Shown here piece after piece: positions 11,114 through 21,211 of a DNA stretch of 32,000 nucleotides. Every line of letters begins with the position of its first letter. Position 1 is the first letter of the stretch. The notes under the pieces are model-generated. The model was not told where the DNA came from. It did not search any database and saw nothing but the letters and a program-made list of their open reading frames with translations. Both the position numbers and the translations under genes were made by a program. Origin of the DNA: Candidatus Saccharimonadota bacterium (GTDB lineage Bacteria; Bacteroidota; Bacteroidia; Flavobacteriales; Blattabacteriaceae); contig CP100318.1 of the NCBI GenBank assembly GCA_029851085.1, positions 270,001 through 302,000 on the forward strand. Reading direction: 5' to 3'.

Positions 11114-11782
11114 ATGGGACAAAAAACAAATCCAATTGCTAATAGATTAGGTATTATTTTATCATGGAAATCTAGTTGGTGTGGTGATTTTTTAGAAAGA
11201 ATTACTGAAGATTTCAAAATAAGACATTATATTGAAAAACGTATTCCCAAATATATTGTATCACGCATATTTATAGAACGTACTTTAAAATTTATTACTA
11301 TAACTATATATACTTCTCGTCCAGCTATTATTATTGGAAAGGCTGGAAATGAGGTAGATAAATTAAAAAATGAATTAAGTAAAATTACTACAAAAGAAAT
11401 GCAAATTAATGTATTGGACATTAAACGTCCTGAACTTGATGCGTCTTTAGTAGCTAAAAATTTAGCTCGTTATATTGAAAATAGATTTTCTTATAAAAGA
11501 ATTATTAAACAGGCTATTATATCGGCTATGCGTCTTAGTGCAGAAGGTATAAAAATACAAGTGTCAGGTAGATTAAATGGAGGAGAAATGGCGCGTACTG
11601 AATCTTATAAAGATGGTAGCATTTCTTTATCTACTTTTCGTGTTAATATTGATTATGCAATGGTTGAAGCACATACTATTTATGGAAGAATAGGTATTAA
11701 AGTCTGGATAAATAAAGGAGAAATTTATAATAAAAAAGAATTTTTAATAGAAAGAATTTTTAATATTAGGAAAATATCATAA
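11114..11782 (+). CDS. rpsC: 30S ribosomal protein S3 (uS3)
   Basis: 222 aa. [18 protein letters not shown], the KH-domain motif [13 protein letters not shown], and [12 protein letters not shown]. Confidence 0.96.
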   Translation: MGQKTNPIANRLGIILSWKSSWCGDFLERITEDFKIRHYIEKRIPKYIVSRIFIERTLKFITITIYTSRPAIIIGKAGNEVDKLKNELSKITTKEMQINVLDIKRPELDASLVAKNLARYIENRFSYKRIIKQAIISAMRLSAEGIKIQVSGRLNGGEMARTESYKDGSISLSTFRVNIDYAMVEAHTIYGRIGIKVWINKGEIYNKKEFLIERIFNIRKIS

Positions 11783-11785
11783 TAT

Positions 11786-12214
11786 ATGTTACAACCTAAA
11801 CGAACAAAATATAATAAACAACAAAAACAACCTGTAAAAGGGAATTCTACAAAAGGTACTAGACTTTCATATGGTGAATATGGTATTAAAACTCTAGAAT
11901 CATCATGGATTACTGCTCGTCAAATAGAGGCAGCACGTATAGCAGCTACTCGTTATATGAAACGAGAAGGACAATTATGGATAAAAATATTTCCTGATAA
12001 ACCTATTACAAAAAAACCTCAAGAAGTCCGTATGGGAAAAGGAAAAGGTAATGTAGATCATTGGGTAGCAAATACTAAACGTGGACGTATTTTATTTGAA
12101 ATTAGTGGAGTTAGTATTTCTATTGCTAAGGAAGCTTTAAGATTAGCATCACATAAATTACCTGTTAAAACTAAATTTATTATTTCCAATCATTTAATTA
12201 ATAATGAAAATTAA
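11786..12214 (+). CDS. rplP: 50S ribosomal protein L16 (uL16)
   Basis: 142 aa. [33 protein letters not shown] and [14 protein letters not shown]. Confidence 0.97.
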   Translation: MLQPKRTKYNKQQKQPVKGNSTKGTRLSYGEYGIKTLESSWITARQIEAARIAATRYMKREGQLWIKIFPDKPITKKPQEVRMGKGKGNVDHWVANTKRGRILFEISGVSISIAKEALRLASHKLPVKTKFIISNHLINNEN

Positions 12215-12392
12215 TGAGTTAAAAAATTTATCAATTGAAGAACTTAAGCATCAATTAAAAATGAAACAAGATAATTATCAAAAATTAAAATTTGATAATG
12301 CAATTTCAAAATTAAAAAATCCTCTTATAATTAATAATTTTAGAAAAGATATAGCTCGTATTAAGACAATAATTAAAAGTTTTAAAATATGA
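12204..12392 (+). CDS. rpmC: 50S ribosomal protein L29 (uL29)
   Basis: 62 aa. Operon position between rplP and rpsQ. Coiled [11 protein letters not shown]...IARIKTII pattern. Confidence 0.88.
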   Translation: MKINELKNLSIEELKHQLKMKQDNYQKLKFDNAISKLKNPLIINNFRKDIARIKTIIKSFKI

Positions 12393-12637
12393 CTATACAA
12401 AGAAATTTTAGAAAAAAAAGAACTGGATTAGTAATAAGTACTAAAATGAATAAAACTATAGTAGTTTTAGAAACTAAACGCGTAAATCATCCACGTTATG
12501 GAAAAAGTGTAATTAAATATAAAAAATATATGGTACATGATGAAAAAAATGTTTCTAATAAAGGAGATAATGTAATTATTATGGAAACTCGTCCTTTAAG
12601 TAAATACAAACGTTGGAGATTAATAAAAAAAATTTAA
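12389..12637 (+). CDS. rpsQ: 30S ribosomal protein S17 (uS17)
   Basis: 82 aa. [20 protein letters not shown]....HPRYGK......KYMVHDE....[16 protein letters not shown]. Confidence 0.94.
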   Translation: MTIQRNFRKKRTGLVISTKMNKTIVVLETKRVNHPRYGKSVIKYKKYMVHDEKNVSNKGDNVIIMETRPLSKYKRWRLIKKI

Positions 12638-12639
12638 AT

Positions 12640-13008
12640 ATGTTACAACAAGAATCAATACTTAAAGTAGCTGATAATACTGGTGCAAAAGAAGTATTGC
12701 TAATACGTGTATTGGGAGGAACTAGAAAAAAATATGGATATGTTGGAGATTCTATTATAGTTTCTGTAAAAGAAGCTATTCCTAGATCAAATATTAAAAA
12801 AGGACAAATATCTAGAGCCGTTATTATTAGAACAAAATATAAAACACGTCGTAAAGATGGCTCATATATCTCATTTGACGATAATGCGTGTGTATTACTT
12901 TCTACTTCAAAAGAAATAATAGGAACTAGGGTATTTGGTCCAGTAGCAAGAGAATTACGAGATAAAGAATATATGAAAGTTATATCATTGGCTATGGAGG
13001 TATTATAA
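12640..13008 (+). CDS. rplN: 50S ribosomal protein L14 (uL14)
   Basis: Start trimmed to the ATG at 12640 ([18 protein letters not shown] is the canonical L14 N-terminus; 122 aa). The track start at 12613 lies inside rpsQ. Confidence 0.95.
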   Translation: MLQQESILKVADNTGAKEVLLIRVLGGTRKKYGYVGDSIIVSVKEAIPRSNIKKGQISRAVIIRTKYKTRRKDGSYISFDDNACVLLSTSKEIIGTRVFGPVARELRDKEYMKVISLAMEVL

Positions 13009-13019
13009 AATATAATAAT

Positions 13020-13331
13020 ATGTTAAAATTTAAAGTTGGAGATAAAGTTATTATTTTAGCTGGAAATTATAAATCACGTACAGGTATTATTATTAATATT
13101 TTAAAAAATAAAAATAAAGTAATTGTTAGTGGTATAAATTTAATAAAAAAACATATTAAATATAATCAAAAACAAGGTAAAATTATAAATATAGAAGCAC
13201 CTATTCATATTTCTAATATATCTATTATTGATAATGATAGTGGAAATCCGACACGTATAGGTTTTCAAATAAATAATAATAATAAAATTCGTATAATGAA
13301 AAAAAATGGTAAAATATATGAAAATATATAA
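13020..13331 (+). CDS. rplX: 50S ribosomal protein L24 (uL24)
   Basis: 103 aa. [25 protein letters not shown] motif; INLIKKHIK; operon position. Confidence 0.9.
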   Translation: MLKFKVGDKVIILAGNYKSRTGIIINILKNKNKVIVSGINLIKKHIKYNQKQGKIINIEAPIHISNISIIDNDSGNPTRIGFQINNNNKIRIMKKNGKIYENI

Positions 13332-13336
13332 TAAAA

Positions 13337-13888
13337 ATGTTTTATTTACCTAGACCTCAAATTTTATATAAAAACAAAATAATTCCTATTCTTATTAAAG
13401 AATTTGGGTATAAATCAATTATGGAGGTACCTAAAATGAAAAAAATAGTTATTAGTCAAGGAATTGGTGAGGCTATTAATGATAAAAAAATTATTAATAA
13501 TGCAATAGAAGAAATTTCTATTATTACTGGACAAAAAGCTGTACCTTGTTTATCAAAACGTGATGAATCAGGTTTTAAATTACGTAAAGGAATGTTTGTA
13601 GGATGTAAAGTTACTTTACGTAGACAAAAAATGTATGAATTTCTGGATAGATTAATTACTATAGCTTTACCTAGAGTTAGAGATTTTAACGGGATTAAAA
13701 ATAATAGTTTTGATGGAAAAGGTAATTATAATTTAGGAATTATTGAACAAATAATATTTCCTGAAATAAATATTGATAAAACAAAAAAAATTTTAGGAAT
13801 GAATATTGCTTTTGTAACATCTGCTAAAACAGATAAAGAAGCTTTATCTTTATTAAAATATTTTGGAATACCTTTTAAAAAAAAATAA
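13337..13888 (+). CDS. rplE: 50S ribosomal protein L5 (uL5)
   Basis: 183 aa. Contains [23 protein letters not shown]...[24 protein letters not shown] and [15 protein letters not shown]. Confidence 0.96.
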   Translation: MFYLPRPQILYKNKIIPILIKEFGYKSIMEVPKMKKIVISQGIGEAINDKKIINNAIEEISIITGQKAVPCLSKRDESGFKLRKGMFVGCKVTLRRQKMYEFLDRLITIALPRVRDFNGIKNNSFDGKGNYNLGIIEQIIFPEINIDKTKKILGMNIAFVTSAKTDKEALSLLKYFGIPFKKK

Positions 13889-13892
13889 AAAA

Positions 13893-14162
13893 ATGGCTAA
13901 AGAATCAGTAAAAGCTAGACAAAGAAAACGTGAAAAAATAGTATTAAAATATAAAAAAAAACGTTTACTTTTAAAAAATGCTAAAGATTATAATTCATTA
14001 CAAAAATTACCAAAAAATGCATCTCCTGTAAGATTATGTAATAGATGTAATATTACAGGAAGGAAAAGAGGTTATATACGTGATTTTGGTATATCTCGTA
14101 TAGAATTTAGACGTCTTGCTTCTGAAGGTTTAATACCCGGAATAAGAAAAGCAAGTTGGTAA
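13893..14162 (+). CDS. rpsN: 30S ribosomal protein S14 (uS14), long form
   Basis: Start trimmed to the ATG at 13893 ([15 protein letters not shown]...; 89 aa). C-terminal [21 protein letters not shown] is the S14 signature. Confidence 0.94.
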   Translation: MAKESVKARQRKREKIVLKYKKKRLLLKNAKDYNSLQKLPKNASPVRLCNRCNITGRKRGYIRDFGISRIEFRRLASEGLIPGIRKASW

Positions 14163-14187
14163 ATTAACATAACAAAAAATTAAAAAA

Positions 14188-14580
14188 ATGAATATAGATA
14201 CTATAGCTGATTATTTAACACGTATTCGTAATGCATTACATGCATGTCATAAAATAGTAAAAATTCCATATTCTAATATAAAAAATGAAATTACTAAAAT
14301 TCTTTTAGATCAAGGATATATTTTAAATTTTAAATGTGAAAATGATAATTTTAAAAAAAATATTATAATAGCATTAAAATACCATAAAAATTATCCAGTA
14401 ATAAAATATATTAAACGTATTAGTAAACCTGGATTAAGAAAATATTGTAGTTCAAAAAAAATTCCTCGTGTATTAAATGGTTTAGGAATAGCAATAATTT
14501 CTACATCTAAAGGTTTAATGATTTGTAAAAAAGCTAAAGAAAAAAATATAGGAGGAGAAATATTGTGTTATATTTATTAA
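14188..14580 (+). CDS. rpsH: 30S ribosomal protein S8 (uS8)
   Basis: 130 aa. [39 protein letters not shown] and GGEILCYIY. Confidence 0.96.
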   Translation: MNIDTIADYLTRIRNALHACHKIVKIPYSNIKNEITKILLDQGYILNFKCENDNFKKNIIIALKYHKNYPVIKYIKRISKPGLRKYCSSKKIPRVLNGLGIAIISTSKGLMICKKAKEKNIGGEILCYIY

Positions 14581-14592
14581 TAAAATAAAATA

Positions 14593-15144
14593 ATGTCTAG
14601 AATAGGTAAAATTCCTATATTGATACCTAAAGAAGTTATTCTAAAAATAGAAAATGAAAAAATTATAATAAAAGGTCCATTAGGAGAATTATATCAATCA
14701 TTTTCAAATAAAAATATTGAAATAGTAAATAAAAATAATTATTTATTTATAAATAATAAAGCTTTAAATGAAAAAAATGGACGATCTATGCATGGATTAT
14801 ATAGAGTACTAATTAATAATATGATAATTGGTGTTACTAAAGGTTTTAAAAAAATATTAGAAATAGTTGGAATAGGATATAAAGCTTCTAATAAAGGACA
14901 GTTTTTAGAATTAAGTTTAGGTTATTCTCATAATATTATGATTAAATGTCCTGATGAAATTAAAATAGATACTAAAAATGAAAAAGGAAAAAATCCATTA
15001 ATCATTTTATCATCTTATGACAAGCAACTGTTGGGAATAGTTGCGGATAAAATTCGTTCTTTTAGAAAACCCGAACCTTATAAAGGTAAAGGTATCAGAT
15101 ATTTAGGAGAAAATATTATAAGAAAAACTGGTAAATCAGCTTAA
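14593..15144 (+). CDS. rplF: 50S ribosomal protein L6 (uL6)
   Basis: 183 aa. MSRIGKIPILIPKEV, HGLYRVLINNMIIGVTKGF, GIGYKA and PEPYKGKGIRY. Confidence 0.96.
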   Translation: MSRIGKIPILIPKEVILKIENEKIIIKGPLGELYQSFSNKNIEIVNKNNYLFINNKALNEKNGRSMHGLYRVLINNMIIGVTKGFKKILEIVGIGYKASNKGQFLELSLGYSHNIMIKCPDEIKIDTKNEKGKNPLIILSSYDKQLLGIVADKIRSFRKPEPYKGKGIRYLGENIIRKTGKSA

Positions 15145-15154
15145 AAAATTATTA

Positions 15155-15499
15155 ATGTTGAAAATAAATAGAAGATTAAAAATAAAATATAGAATTAGAA
15201 AAAAAATATTTGGAACATCACAAATTCCTAGATTATCTGTTTTTAGGAGTAATAAAGAAATTTATGCACAAATTATTGATGATTCTAAAAGAATTACATT
15301 AGTATCATCGTCTTCTTTAAATAAGAAAGATGATGATAATAAATCAAAATTATTTATTGCTACTGAAGTAGGTAAACGTTTAGGTCTTAAAGCTAAAAAT
15401 ATAGGACTTAAAAAAGTAGTTTTTGATAGAAATGGATATTTATATCATGGTAGAATTAAAAATTTAGCTGAAGGTGTTAAAAAATATTTAAAATTATAA
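15155..15499 (+). CDS. rplR: 50S ribosomal protein L18 (uL18)
   Basis: 114 aa. PRLSVFRSNKEIYAQIIDD, VVFDRNGYLYHGRIKNLAEG. Confidence 0.95.
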   Translation: MLKINRRLKIKYRIRKKIFGTSQIPRLSVFRSNKEIYAQIIDDSKRITLVSSSSLNKKDDDNKSKLFIATEVGKRLGLKAKNIGLKKVVFDRNGYLYHGRIKNLAEGVKKYLKL

Positions 15500-15511
15500 A
15501 TAAATTTTTTA

Positions 15512-16024
15512 ATGTTTAAACAAAAAAAAATAAGAATAGCTAATATTGAATTAAAAGAACGTTTACTAACAGTAGAAAGAGTTTGTCAAGTTACTAAAGG
15601 TAGACGTTATTTTAGTTTTAGTGTTATTGTTATTAAAGGAAATCAAAATGGAATAATTGGTTATGGTTTAGGAAAATCTTTTGATATATCTGATGCTATT
15701 CATAAAGCAGGTGAACAAGCTACTAAAAATTTAGTAAAAATATCAATATATAAAGGAACAATACCTCATGAACAAAGTGCTAAGTTTGGAGGATCTAAAA
15801 TATTTATACGTCCCGCTTCTGAAGGTACTGGAATAATTGCATGTAGTGCTATGCGTGCTGTTTTAGAAATGGCAGGTATATCTAATGTATTATCTAAATC
15901 TAAAGGATCATCTAATCATCATAATGTTGTAAAAGCTACAATTAAAGCATTAATAAATCTTAGGAATGCAAATATAATTGCTAAAGAAAGAGGTATTCAT
16001 ATTAAAAAAGTTTTTAATGGATAA
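15512..16024 (+). CDS. rpsE: 30S ribosomal protein S5 (uS5)
   Basis: 170 aa. RVCQVTKGRRYFSFSVIVIKGNQNGIIGYGLGKS, PASEGTGIIA....RAVLEMAGI.NVLSKS.GSSN.HNVVKAT. Confidence 0.96.
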   Translation: MFKQKKIRIANIELKERLLTVERVCQVTKGRRYFSFSVIVIKGNQNGIIGYGLGKSFDISDAIHKAGEQATKNLVKISIYKGTIPHEQSAKFGGSKIFIRPASEGTGIIACSAMRAVLEMAGISNVLSKSKGSSNHHNVVKATIKALINLRNANIIAKERGIHIKKVFNG

Positions 16025-16217
16025 AAAAATATATATAAAACAAATAAAAAGTATTATTAATAAACCTAAAAGACAAAAATTAACTATATATGCTTTAGGT
16101 CTTAAAAAAATTAATCATACAGTATTACATACAATAAATCCTCAAATATTGGGTATGATTAAAAAAGTAAAACATTTATTATATATTTCTAATATAACTA
16201 AAAGTGAAATTAAATAA
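16017..16217 (+). CDS. rpmD: 50S ribosomal protein L30 (uL30)
   Basis: Start trimmed to the ATG at 16017 (MDKKIYIKQIKSIINKPKRQKLTIYALGLKKINHTV; 66 aa). Overlaps the rpsE end by 8 nt. The track start at 15978 is inside rpsE. Confidence 0.88.
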   Translation: MDKKIYIKQIKSIINKPKRQKLTIYALGLKKINHTVLHTINPQILGMIKKVKHLLYISNITKSEIK

Positions 16218-16656
16218 TTTAAAGCCAGCACCAGGTTCTGTAAAAATTAATAAACGTTTAGGTAGAGGTCAAGGATCAGGTAGAGGTGGAACATGTATAA
16301 GAGGACATAAAGGAGCTAAATCTCGTTCAGGATTTAGTAAAAAAATTGGTTTTGAAGGAGGACAAATGCCTTTACAAAGACGTGTTCCTAAAGTAGGTTT
16401 TAAACCATTTAACAAAAAAAAATATGCACTATTTAATTTAGATGATTTGCAAATTTTATTTGACAAAGGAATTATTAAAAATAATATCATAAATAAAAAT
16501 ATTTTAGTAGCTAATGGTTTTATAAAACAAAATGAATTAATTAAAATTTTAGGTAGGGGTAAATTAAAAGTTAATTTAAATATAACAGCTAATAAATTTA
16601 GCAAAAAAGCTGTTAAATTAATTAAACAAGTAGGTGGAGAAATTATAAAAATATGA
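16204..16656 (+). CDS. rplO: 50S ribosomal protein L15 (uL15), apparent GTG start
   Basis: 150 aa. (M)KLNNLKPAPGS...RLGRGQGSGRGGTCIRGHKGAKSRSG....GFEGGQMPLQRRVPK. The codon at 16204 is GTG. Confidence 0.93.
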   Translation: MKLNNLKPAPGSVKINKRLGRGQGSGRGGTCIRGHKGAKSRSGFSKKIGFEGGQMPLQRRVPKVGFKPFNKKKYALFNLDDLQILFDKGIIKNNIINKNILVANGFIKQNELIKILGRGKLKVNLNITANKFSKKAVKLIKQVGGEIIKI

Positions 16657-18008
16657 AATATTTTTTTTATTCAACTATAAAAAATATATATAATATTAGT
16701 GAATTACGTAAGAGAATAGGTATAACCATATTATTATTAATAATATATCGTTTTGGTTCTTATATTCCATTACCAGGAATAAATCCTAATGGCGTTACTG
16801 CTTTAGGAGCTGCTTTAGGAGCTGGAGGAGGAGCTTTAGGAGCGGGAGGAGCTTTAGGATCGGGAGGAGGAGCTTTAGGAGCTGGAGCTAAAGGAATTAT
16901 GCAAATATTATCTTATTTTACAGGAGGAGCTTTTAATCGTATATCTGTTTTAGCTTTAAGTGTAATGCCTTATATATCAGCTTCTATTATTGTACAATTA
17001 ATAAGTTTTGCATTTCCTTTTTTAAAAAAAATACAAAAAGAGGGTGAAAGTGGTAATAGAAAAATGAATTATATTATAAAATGGGTTACTATATTAGTGT
17101 GTTTAATTCAAGCTACTGCATATATAACAGCATTGACAACACATTTTTTACCTTTATATACACATGATATTAGTAATAAATTATTATTTTTATTTATATC
17201 TGTAATAATATTAACTACAGGAACTTTATTTACTGTTTGGTTAGGAGATAAAATTACTCATAAAGGAATAGGTAATGGAATATCATTAATTATTATGACT
17301 GGTATTATATCACGTTTTCCTATTTATGTAATTTATGAAATTTACAATAGAAGTTATGGATTTTTATTAATTGAATTTTTATTGTGGATATTAGTAATAG
17401 TTTTTTGTATTATTGTAATTCAAGCAGTAAGAAAAATACCAATACGATATGTAAATAGTTATTCTTCTTCTTCTAAAATATTTCAACATATTCCTATTAA
17501 AGTAACAACAGCTGGAGTAATGCCTATTATATTTTCACAATCTATTTTGTTATTTTTTATGACTATATCAACATATATTAAAAATGAAAAAATTAAATAT
17601 ATATTTAATAATATATATGGTTTTTGGTATAATTTAATATTTGTTATATTGATTATAATATTGACATTTTTTTATACTGCTCTTACTATATCTGTGATCC
17701 AAATATCTGATGATTTAAAACGAAATGGTGGTTATATACCTAATATAAAACCTGGAAAAAATACAATTAATTATTTGGATAATATTTTATATAAAATAAC
17801 TATTACAGGAGCTATATTATTATCTATAATAGCAATATTACCTTCATTAGTAATTAAAATAGGTATAACAAAAAATATTGCTTTATTTTATGGAGGAACT
17901 TCATTACTTATTATAATAGGTGTAATATTAGATACAATTCAACAAATTAATATTTATTTATTAAATTATAAATATGATCATTTTAAGATTCAACAAATTA
18001 TTAAATAA
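16653..18008 (+). CDS. secY: Preprotein translocase subunit SecY, with a Gly/Ala-rich insertion after TM1
   Basis: 451 aa, multi-TM. Contains IPLPGINP, FTGGAFNRISVLALSVMPYISASIIVQL and GNGISLIIMTGI. ATGA overlap with rplO. Confidence 0.96.
   Translation: MKYFFYSTIKNIYNISELRKRIGITILLLIIYRFGSYIPLPGINPNGVTALGAALGAGGGALGAGGALGSGGGALGAGAKGIMQILSYFTGGAFNRISVLALSVMPYISASIIVQLISFAFPFLKKIQKEGESGNRKMNYIIKWVTILVCLIQATAYITALTTHFLPLYTHDISNKLLFLFISVIILTTGTLFTVWLGDKITHKGIGNGISLIIMTGIISRFPIYVIYEIYNRSYGFLLIEFLLWILVIVFCIIVIQAVRKIPIRYVNSYSSSSKIFQHIPIKVTTAGVMPIIFSQSILLFFMTISTYIKNEKIKYIFNNIYGFWYNLIFVILIIILTFFYTALTISVIQISDDLKRNGGYIPNIKPGKNTINYLDNILYKITITGAILLSIIAILPSLVIKIGITKNIALFYGGTSLLIIIGVILDTIQQINIYLLNYKYDHFKIQQIIK
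16800..16889 (+). repeat. GC-rich in-frame degenerate tandem repeat (GCTTTAGGAGCNGGAGGAGGA-like) encoding ALGAALGAGGGALGAGGALGSGGGALGAGA inside secY
   Basis: GCTTTAGGA recurs at 16800, 16812, 16833, 16851 and 16872. Local composition is strikingly G+C-rich compared with the surroundings. Confidence 0.9.
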
Positions 18009-18065
18009 TATTTATTATTATTTATTTATTAATAATTAATTTTAAATATGATCATTTTATAAATT

Positions 18066-18326
18066 ATGGCCAAGCAAGAAAATATAGAAATTGATGGTAT
18101 TATTGTTGAAGCATTGCCAAATGCTACATTTCGTGTAAAATTAAATAATGGATCTTTTATACTAGCTCATATATCTGGAAAAATGAGATTGCATTATATT
18201 AAATTATTACAAGGTGATAAAATTAAATTAGAAATGTCTCCTTATGATTTGAATAGAGCTAGAATTATATTTAGATATAAAAATACTTATGAAAGTAAGA
18301 ACATCAATAAAAAAAAGAAGTGCTAA
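18066..18326 (+). CDS. infA: Translation initiation factor IF-1, with 14-aa C-terminal extension
   Basis: 86 aa. [65 protein letters not shown] is canonical IF-1. The tail [14 protein letters not shown] runs into rpmJ. Confidence 0.95.
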   Translation: MAKQENIEIDGIIVEALPNATFRVKLNNGSFILAHISGKMRLHYIKLLQGDKIKLEMSPYDLNRARIIFRYKNTYESKNINKKKKC

Positions 18327-18405
18327 TTGTAAATTAGTTAAACGTAAAGGACGTCTTTATATTATAAATAAAAAAAATCCTAGATTTAAACAAAAACAAG
18401 GTTAA
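18289..18405 (+). CDS. rpmJ: 50S ribosomal protein L36 (bL36)
   Basis: Not in ORF track (38 aa). Hand translation gives [38 protein letters not shown]. Canonical position between infA and rpsM. Confidence 0.92.
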   Translation: MKVRTSIKKRSANCKLVKRKGRLYIINKKNPRFKQKQG

Positions 18406-18410
18406 AAAAA

Positions 18411-18788
18411 ATGGCTAGAATATCAGGTCTAGATTTATCTAAAAATAAAAGAGGTATAATAGCTCTTACAGAAATTTATGGTATAGGTAAAAGTACAGCT
18501 ACAAAAATTTTAAATATAAATAATATTGATAAAAATATTAAAGTAAAATATTGGACAAATGAACAAATTAATAATATTAGAGAATATATATCAAATACAT
18601 TGAAAGTAGAAGGTGAATTACGTTCTGAAATTCAATTAAATATCAAACGTTTAATAGATATTGGGTGTTATAGAGGTATACGTCATAGAATTGGATTACC
18701 TGTTAGAGGACAAAAAACAAAAAATAATTGTAGGACTAGAAAAGGTAAAAGAAAAACTGTAGCTAATAAGAAAAAAGTTACTAAATAA
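18411..18788 (+). CDS. rpsM: 30S ribosomal protein S13 (uS13)
   Basis: 125 aa. [48 protein letters not shown]. Confidence 0.97.
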   Translation: MARISGLDLSKNKRGIIALTEIYGIGKSTATKILNINNIDKNIKVKYWTNEQINNIREYISNTLKVEGELRSEIQLNIKRLIDIGCYRGIRHRIGLPVRGQKTKNNCRTRKGKRKTVANKKKVTK

Positions 18789-18803
18789 TAAATTTTAAAA
18801 TAA

Positions 18804-19196
18804 ATGGTTAAATCAAAATCATATAAAACAAAAAAAAGAAAAGTTATAGTTGAAGCTAAAGGAGAGGCTCATATAAGTTCAACGTTTAATAATATTATTA
18901 TTACATTAACTAATACTAAAGGAGAAGTTATAGCTTGGTCATCAGCCGGTAAAATGGGATTTAAAGGTTCTAAAAAAAATACACCTTATGCTGCTCAAAT
19001 GGCATCAGAAGATGCTGCTAAAGCAGCATTAAATGCTGGATTAAAAAAAGTAGATGTTATTGTTAAAGGACCTGGAGCTGGTAGAGATTCCGCTATACGT
19101 ACATTAAATAATATGGGAATACAAATTAATATAATAAAAGATGTAACACCATTACCTCATAATGGTTGTAGACCACCTAAAAGAAGAAGAGTTTAA
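18804..19196 (+). CDS. rpsK: 30S ribosomal protein S11 (uS11)
   Basis: 130 aa. [65 protein letters not shown]. Confidence 0.97.
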   Translation: MVKSKSYKTKKRKVIVEAKGEAHISSTFNNIIITLTNTKGEVIAWSSAGKMGFKGSKKNTPYAAQMASEDAAKAALNAGLKKVDVIVKGPGAGRDSAIRTLNNMGIQINIIKDVTPLPHNGCRPPKRRRV

Positions 19197-19197
19197 T

Positions 19198-19818
19198 ATG
19201 GCAAAATATTTAGGACCTAAAGGTAAAATAGAACGTAGATTTGGAGAACCAATATTTGGAACTAAAATACTTAAACGTAGAAAATATCAACATGGACATG
19301 TACAGAGTCATCGTAAAAAAAGTAAAAAAAGTAAAAAAAGTAAAAAACGTTCTGAATATGCTATTCAATTATTTGAAAAACAAAAAGCGAAATATACTTA
19401 TGGGATATTAGAACGTCAATTTTTAAATTTATTTAAGAAAGCATCAAAAAAAAAGGGAATTACTGGAGAATTACTTCTTCAAATGTGTGAATCTCGTTTG
19501 GATAATATTGTATATAGATTGAATATTGCACGTTCTAGATCTGAAGCTCGTCAAATAGTTTCCCATCGTCATATTACAGTAAATAATAAAATTATTAATA
19601 TACCTTCTTATTTATTAAAACCTGGTGATATAATAGGTATTAATAAGTCTAAAAATCATAATGTAATTAAACAACATTTAAATAAAATAAAATTATTAAT
19701 AGATTGGCTAACATGGAATGATGAACAAATGATAGGAACTTTTAAAACTATACCTAATAGATCACAAATTCCAGAAAACATAAAAGAAAATTTAATAGTT
19801 GAATTATATTCTAAATAA
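19198..19818 (+). CDS. rpsD: 30S ribosomal protein S4 (uS4), with KKS repeat insertion
   Basis: Start trimmed to the ATG at 19198 ([21 protein letters not shown]; 206 aa). Contains [49 protein letters not shown]. Confidence 0.95.
   Translation: MAKYLGPKGKIERRFGEPIFGTKILKRRKYQHGHVQSHRKKSKKSKKSKKRSEYAIQLFEKQKAKYTYGILERQFLNLFKKASKKKGITGELLLQMCESRLDNIVYRLNIARSRSEARQIVSHRHITVNNKIINIPSYLLKPGDIIGINKSKNHNVIKQHLNKIKLLIDWLTWNDEQMIGTFKTIPNRSQIPENIKENLIVELYSK
19315..19350 (+). repeat. 9-bp in-frame tandem repeat (AAAAAAAGT x3 plus one degenerate copy) encoding [12 protein letters not shown] in rpsD
   Basis: Read directly: copies at 19315-19323, 19324-19332 and 19333-19341, then AAAAAACGT. Confidence 0.9.
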
Positions 19819-19824
19819 AACAAT

Positions 19825-20829
19825 ATGGAAATTATTAATTTTGTAAAACCTGAAAAATATATAATGTTGGAGTCTACAAATTTTAATGGAATTTTTCAAT
19901 TGAAACCTTTAGAACCTGGTTTTGGTTGTACTATAGGTAACGCTATGAGACGTGTATTATTATCTTCTTTAGAAGGTTATGCTATTACTTCAATTAAAAT
20001 TGAAGGTATAACGCATGAATTTAATACTATAAAAGGAGTATTAGAAGATGTTACTGAAATTATTCTTAATCTTAAACAGATTAGATTTAAAAAAGAAAAA
20101 ATTGATCTTGATAAAGAAATTGTTACAGTATCTATAACAGATAAAGAACAAATTATAGCTGGAGATTTTAATAAATTTATTTCAGGATTTAAAATAATTA
20201 ATACAAATTTAGTAATTTGTAATATGGATAAATCAGTAAATTTTAATATAACCTTTTATATTGAAAAGGGTAGGGGATATGTACCATCTGAACAAAATAG
20301 AAAAGATATAATTGGTACTCTAGCAATAGATTCTATATTTACACCTATAATAAACGTTAAATATACAATTGAAAATTGTAGAGTTTGCAAAAAAACTGAC
20401 TTTGAAAATCTTTTATTATATATTAAAACAGATGGTACTATACATCCAAAAGATGCTTTAAATAAAGCTTCAAAAATATTGATAGATCATTTTTTACTTT
20501 TATCTAATGATAAAAATTATCATTTAAATTTATCATCAAAATCTGAAATTAATGAGTTAATAAAAAATAATGATAAATTAAATAATGAATTTCTACGTAT
20601 TAAAAAATTGTTAAAATCAAAATTTACTGATACAGATAAGCTATCTAGACGTACATTAAATTGTTTACATTCAGCTGAAATAGAAACTTGGGCTGATGTA
20701 GTATCTCATGATAAAAATTATATTTTAAGAGTTAGAAATTTTGGAAAAAAATGTTTATCTGAATTGGAAGAAGAAATGAATAATAATGAATTATATTTTG
20801 GAATGGACATATCAAAATATGAACTCTAA
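19825..20829 (+). CDS. rpoA: DNA-directed RNA polymerase subunit alpha
   Basis: 334 aa. [50 protein letters not shown]. The C-terminal domain has LS.RT.NCL....I.T..D. Confidence 0.96.
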   Translation: MEIINFVKPEKYIMLESTNFNGIFQLKPLEPGFGCTIGNAMRRVLLSSLEGYAITSIKIEGITHEFNTIKGVLEDVTEIILNLKQIRFKKEKIDLDKEIVTVSITDKEQIIAGDFNKFISGFKIINTNLVICNMDKSVNFNITFYIEKGRGYVPSEQNRKDIIGTLAIDSIFTPIINVKYTIENCRVCKKTDFENLLLYIKTDGTIHPKDALNKASKILIDHFLLLSNDKNYHLNLSSKSEINELIKNNDKLNNEFLRIKKLLKSKFTDTDKLSRRTLNCLHSAEIETWADVVSHDKNYILRVRNFGKKCLSELEEEMNNNELYFGMDISKYEL

Positions 20830-20834
20830 ATATT

Positions 20835-21209
20835 ATGAGACACGGAAAAAAAATAAATCATTTAGGTAGGAAATATTCTCATCGTAAACTTATGCTTTCT
20901 AATATGGCTATATCATTAATAAAATATAAAAGAATTAATACTACTTTATCTAAAGCAAAAGCATTAAAAAAATATATAGAACCACTTATAACTAAAAGCA
21001 AAAAAAATGATCTTAATACAATACGTATAGTTTTTAAACAATTGCAAAATAAAAAAATTGTGTCAGACTTGTTTAAAGTAATTTCTAATAAAGTAAAAGA
21101 TCGTTTAGGTGGATATATTAGAATAATAAAAACTGTTTATCGTTTAGGAGATAGAGCAGATATGGCTATGATTGAATTAGTTGATTTTAATAAAACATAT
21201 AAAAAATAA
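20835..21209 (+). CDS. rplQ: 50S ribosomal protein L17 (bL17)
   Basis: 124 aa. [28 protein letters not shown]...[25 protein letters not shown]...R.GD.A.MA.IELVD. Confidence 0.95.
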   Translation: MRHGKKINHLGRKYSHRKLMLSNMAISLIKYKRINTTLSKAKALKKYIEPLITKSKKNDLNTIRIVFKQLQNKKIVSDLFKVISNKVKDRLGGYIRIIKTVYRLGDRADMAMIELVDFNKTYKK

Positions 21210-21211
21210 AA

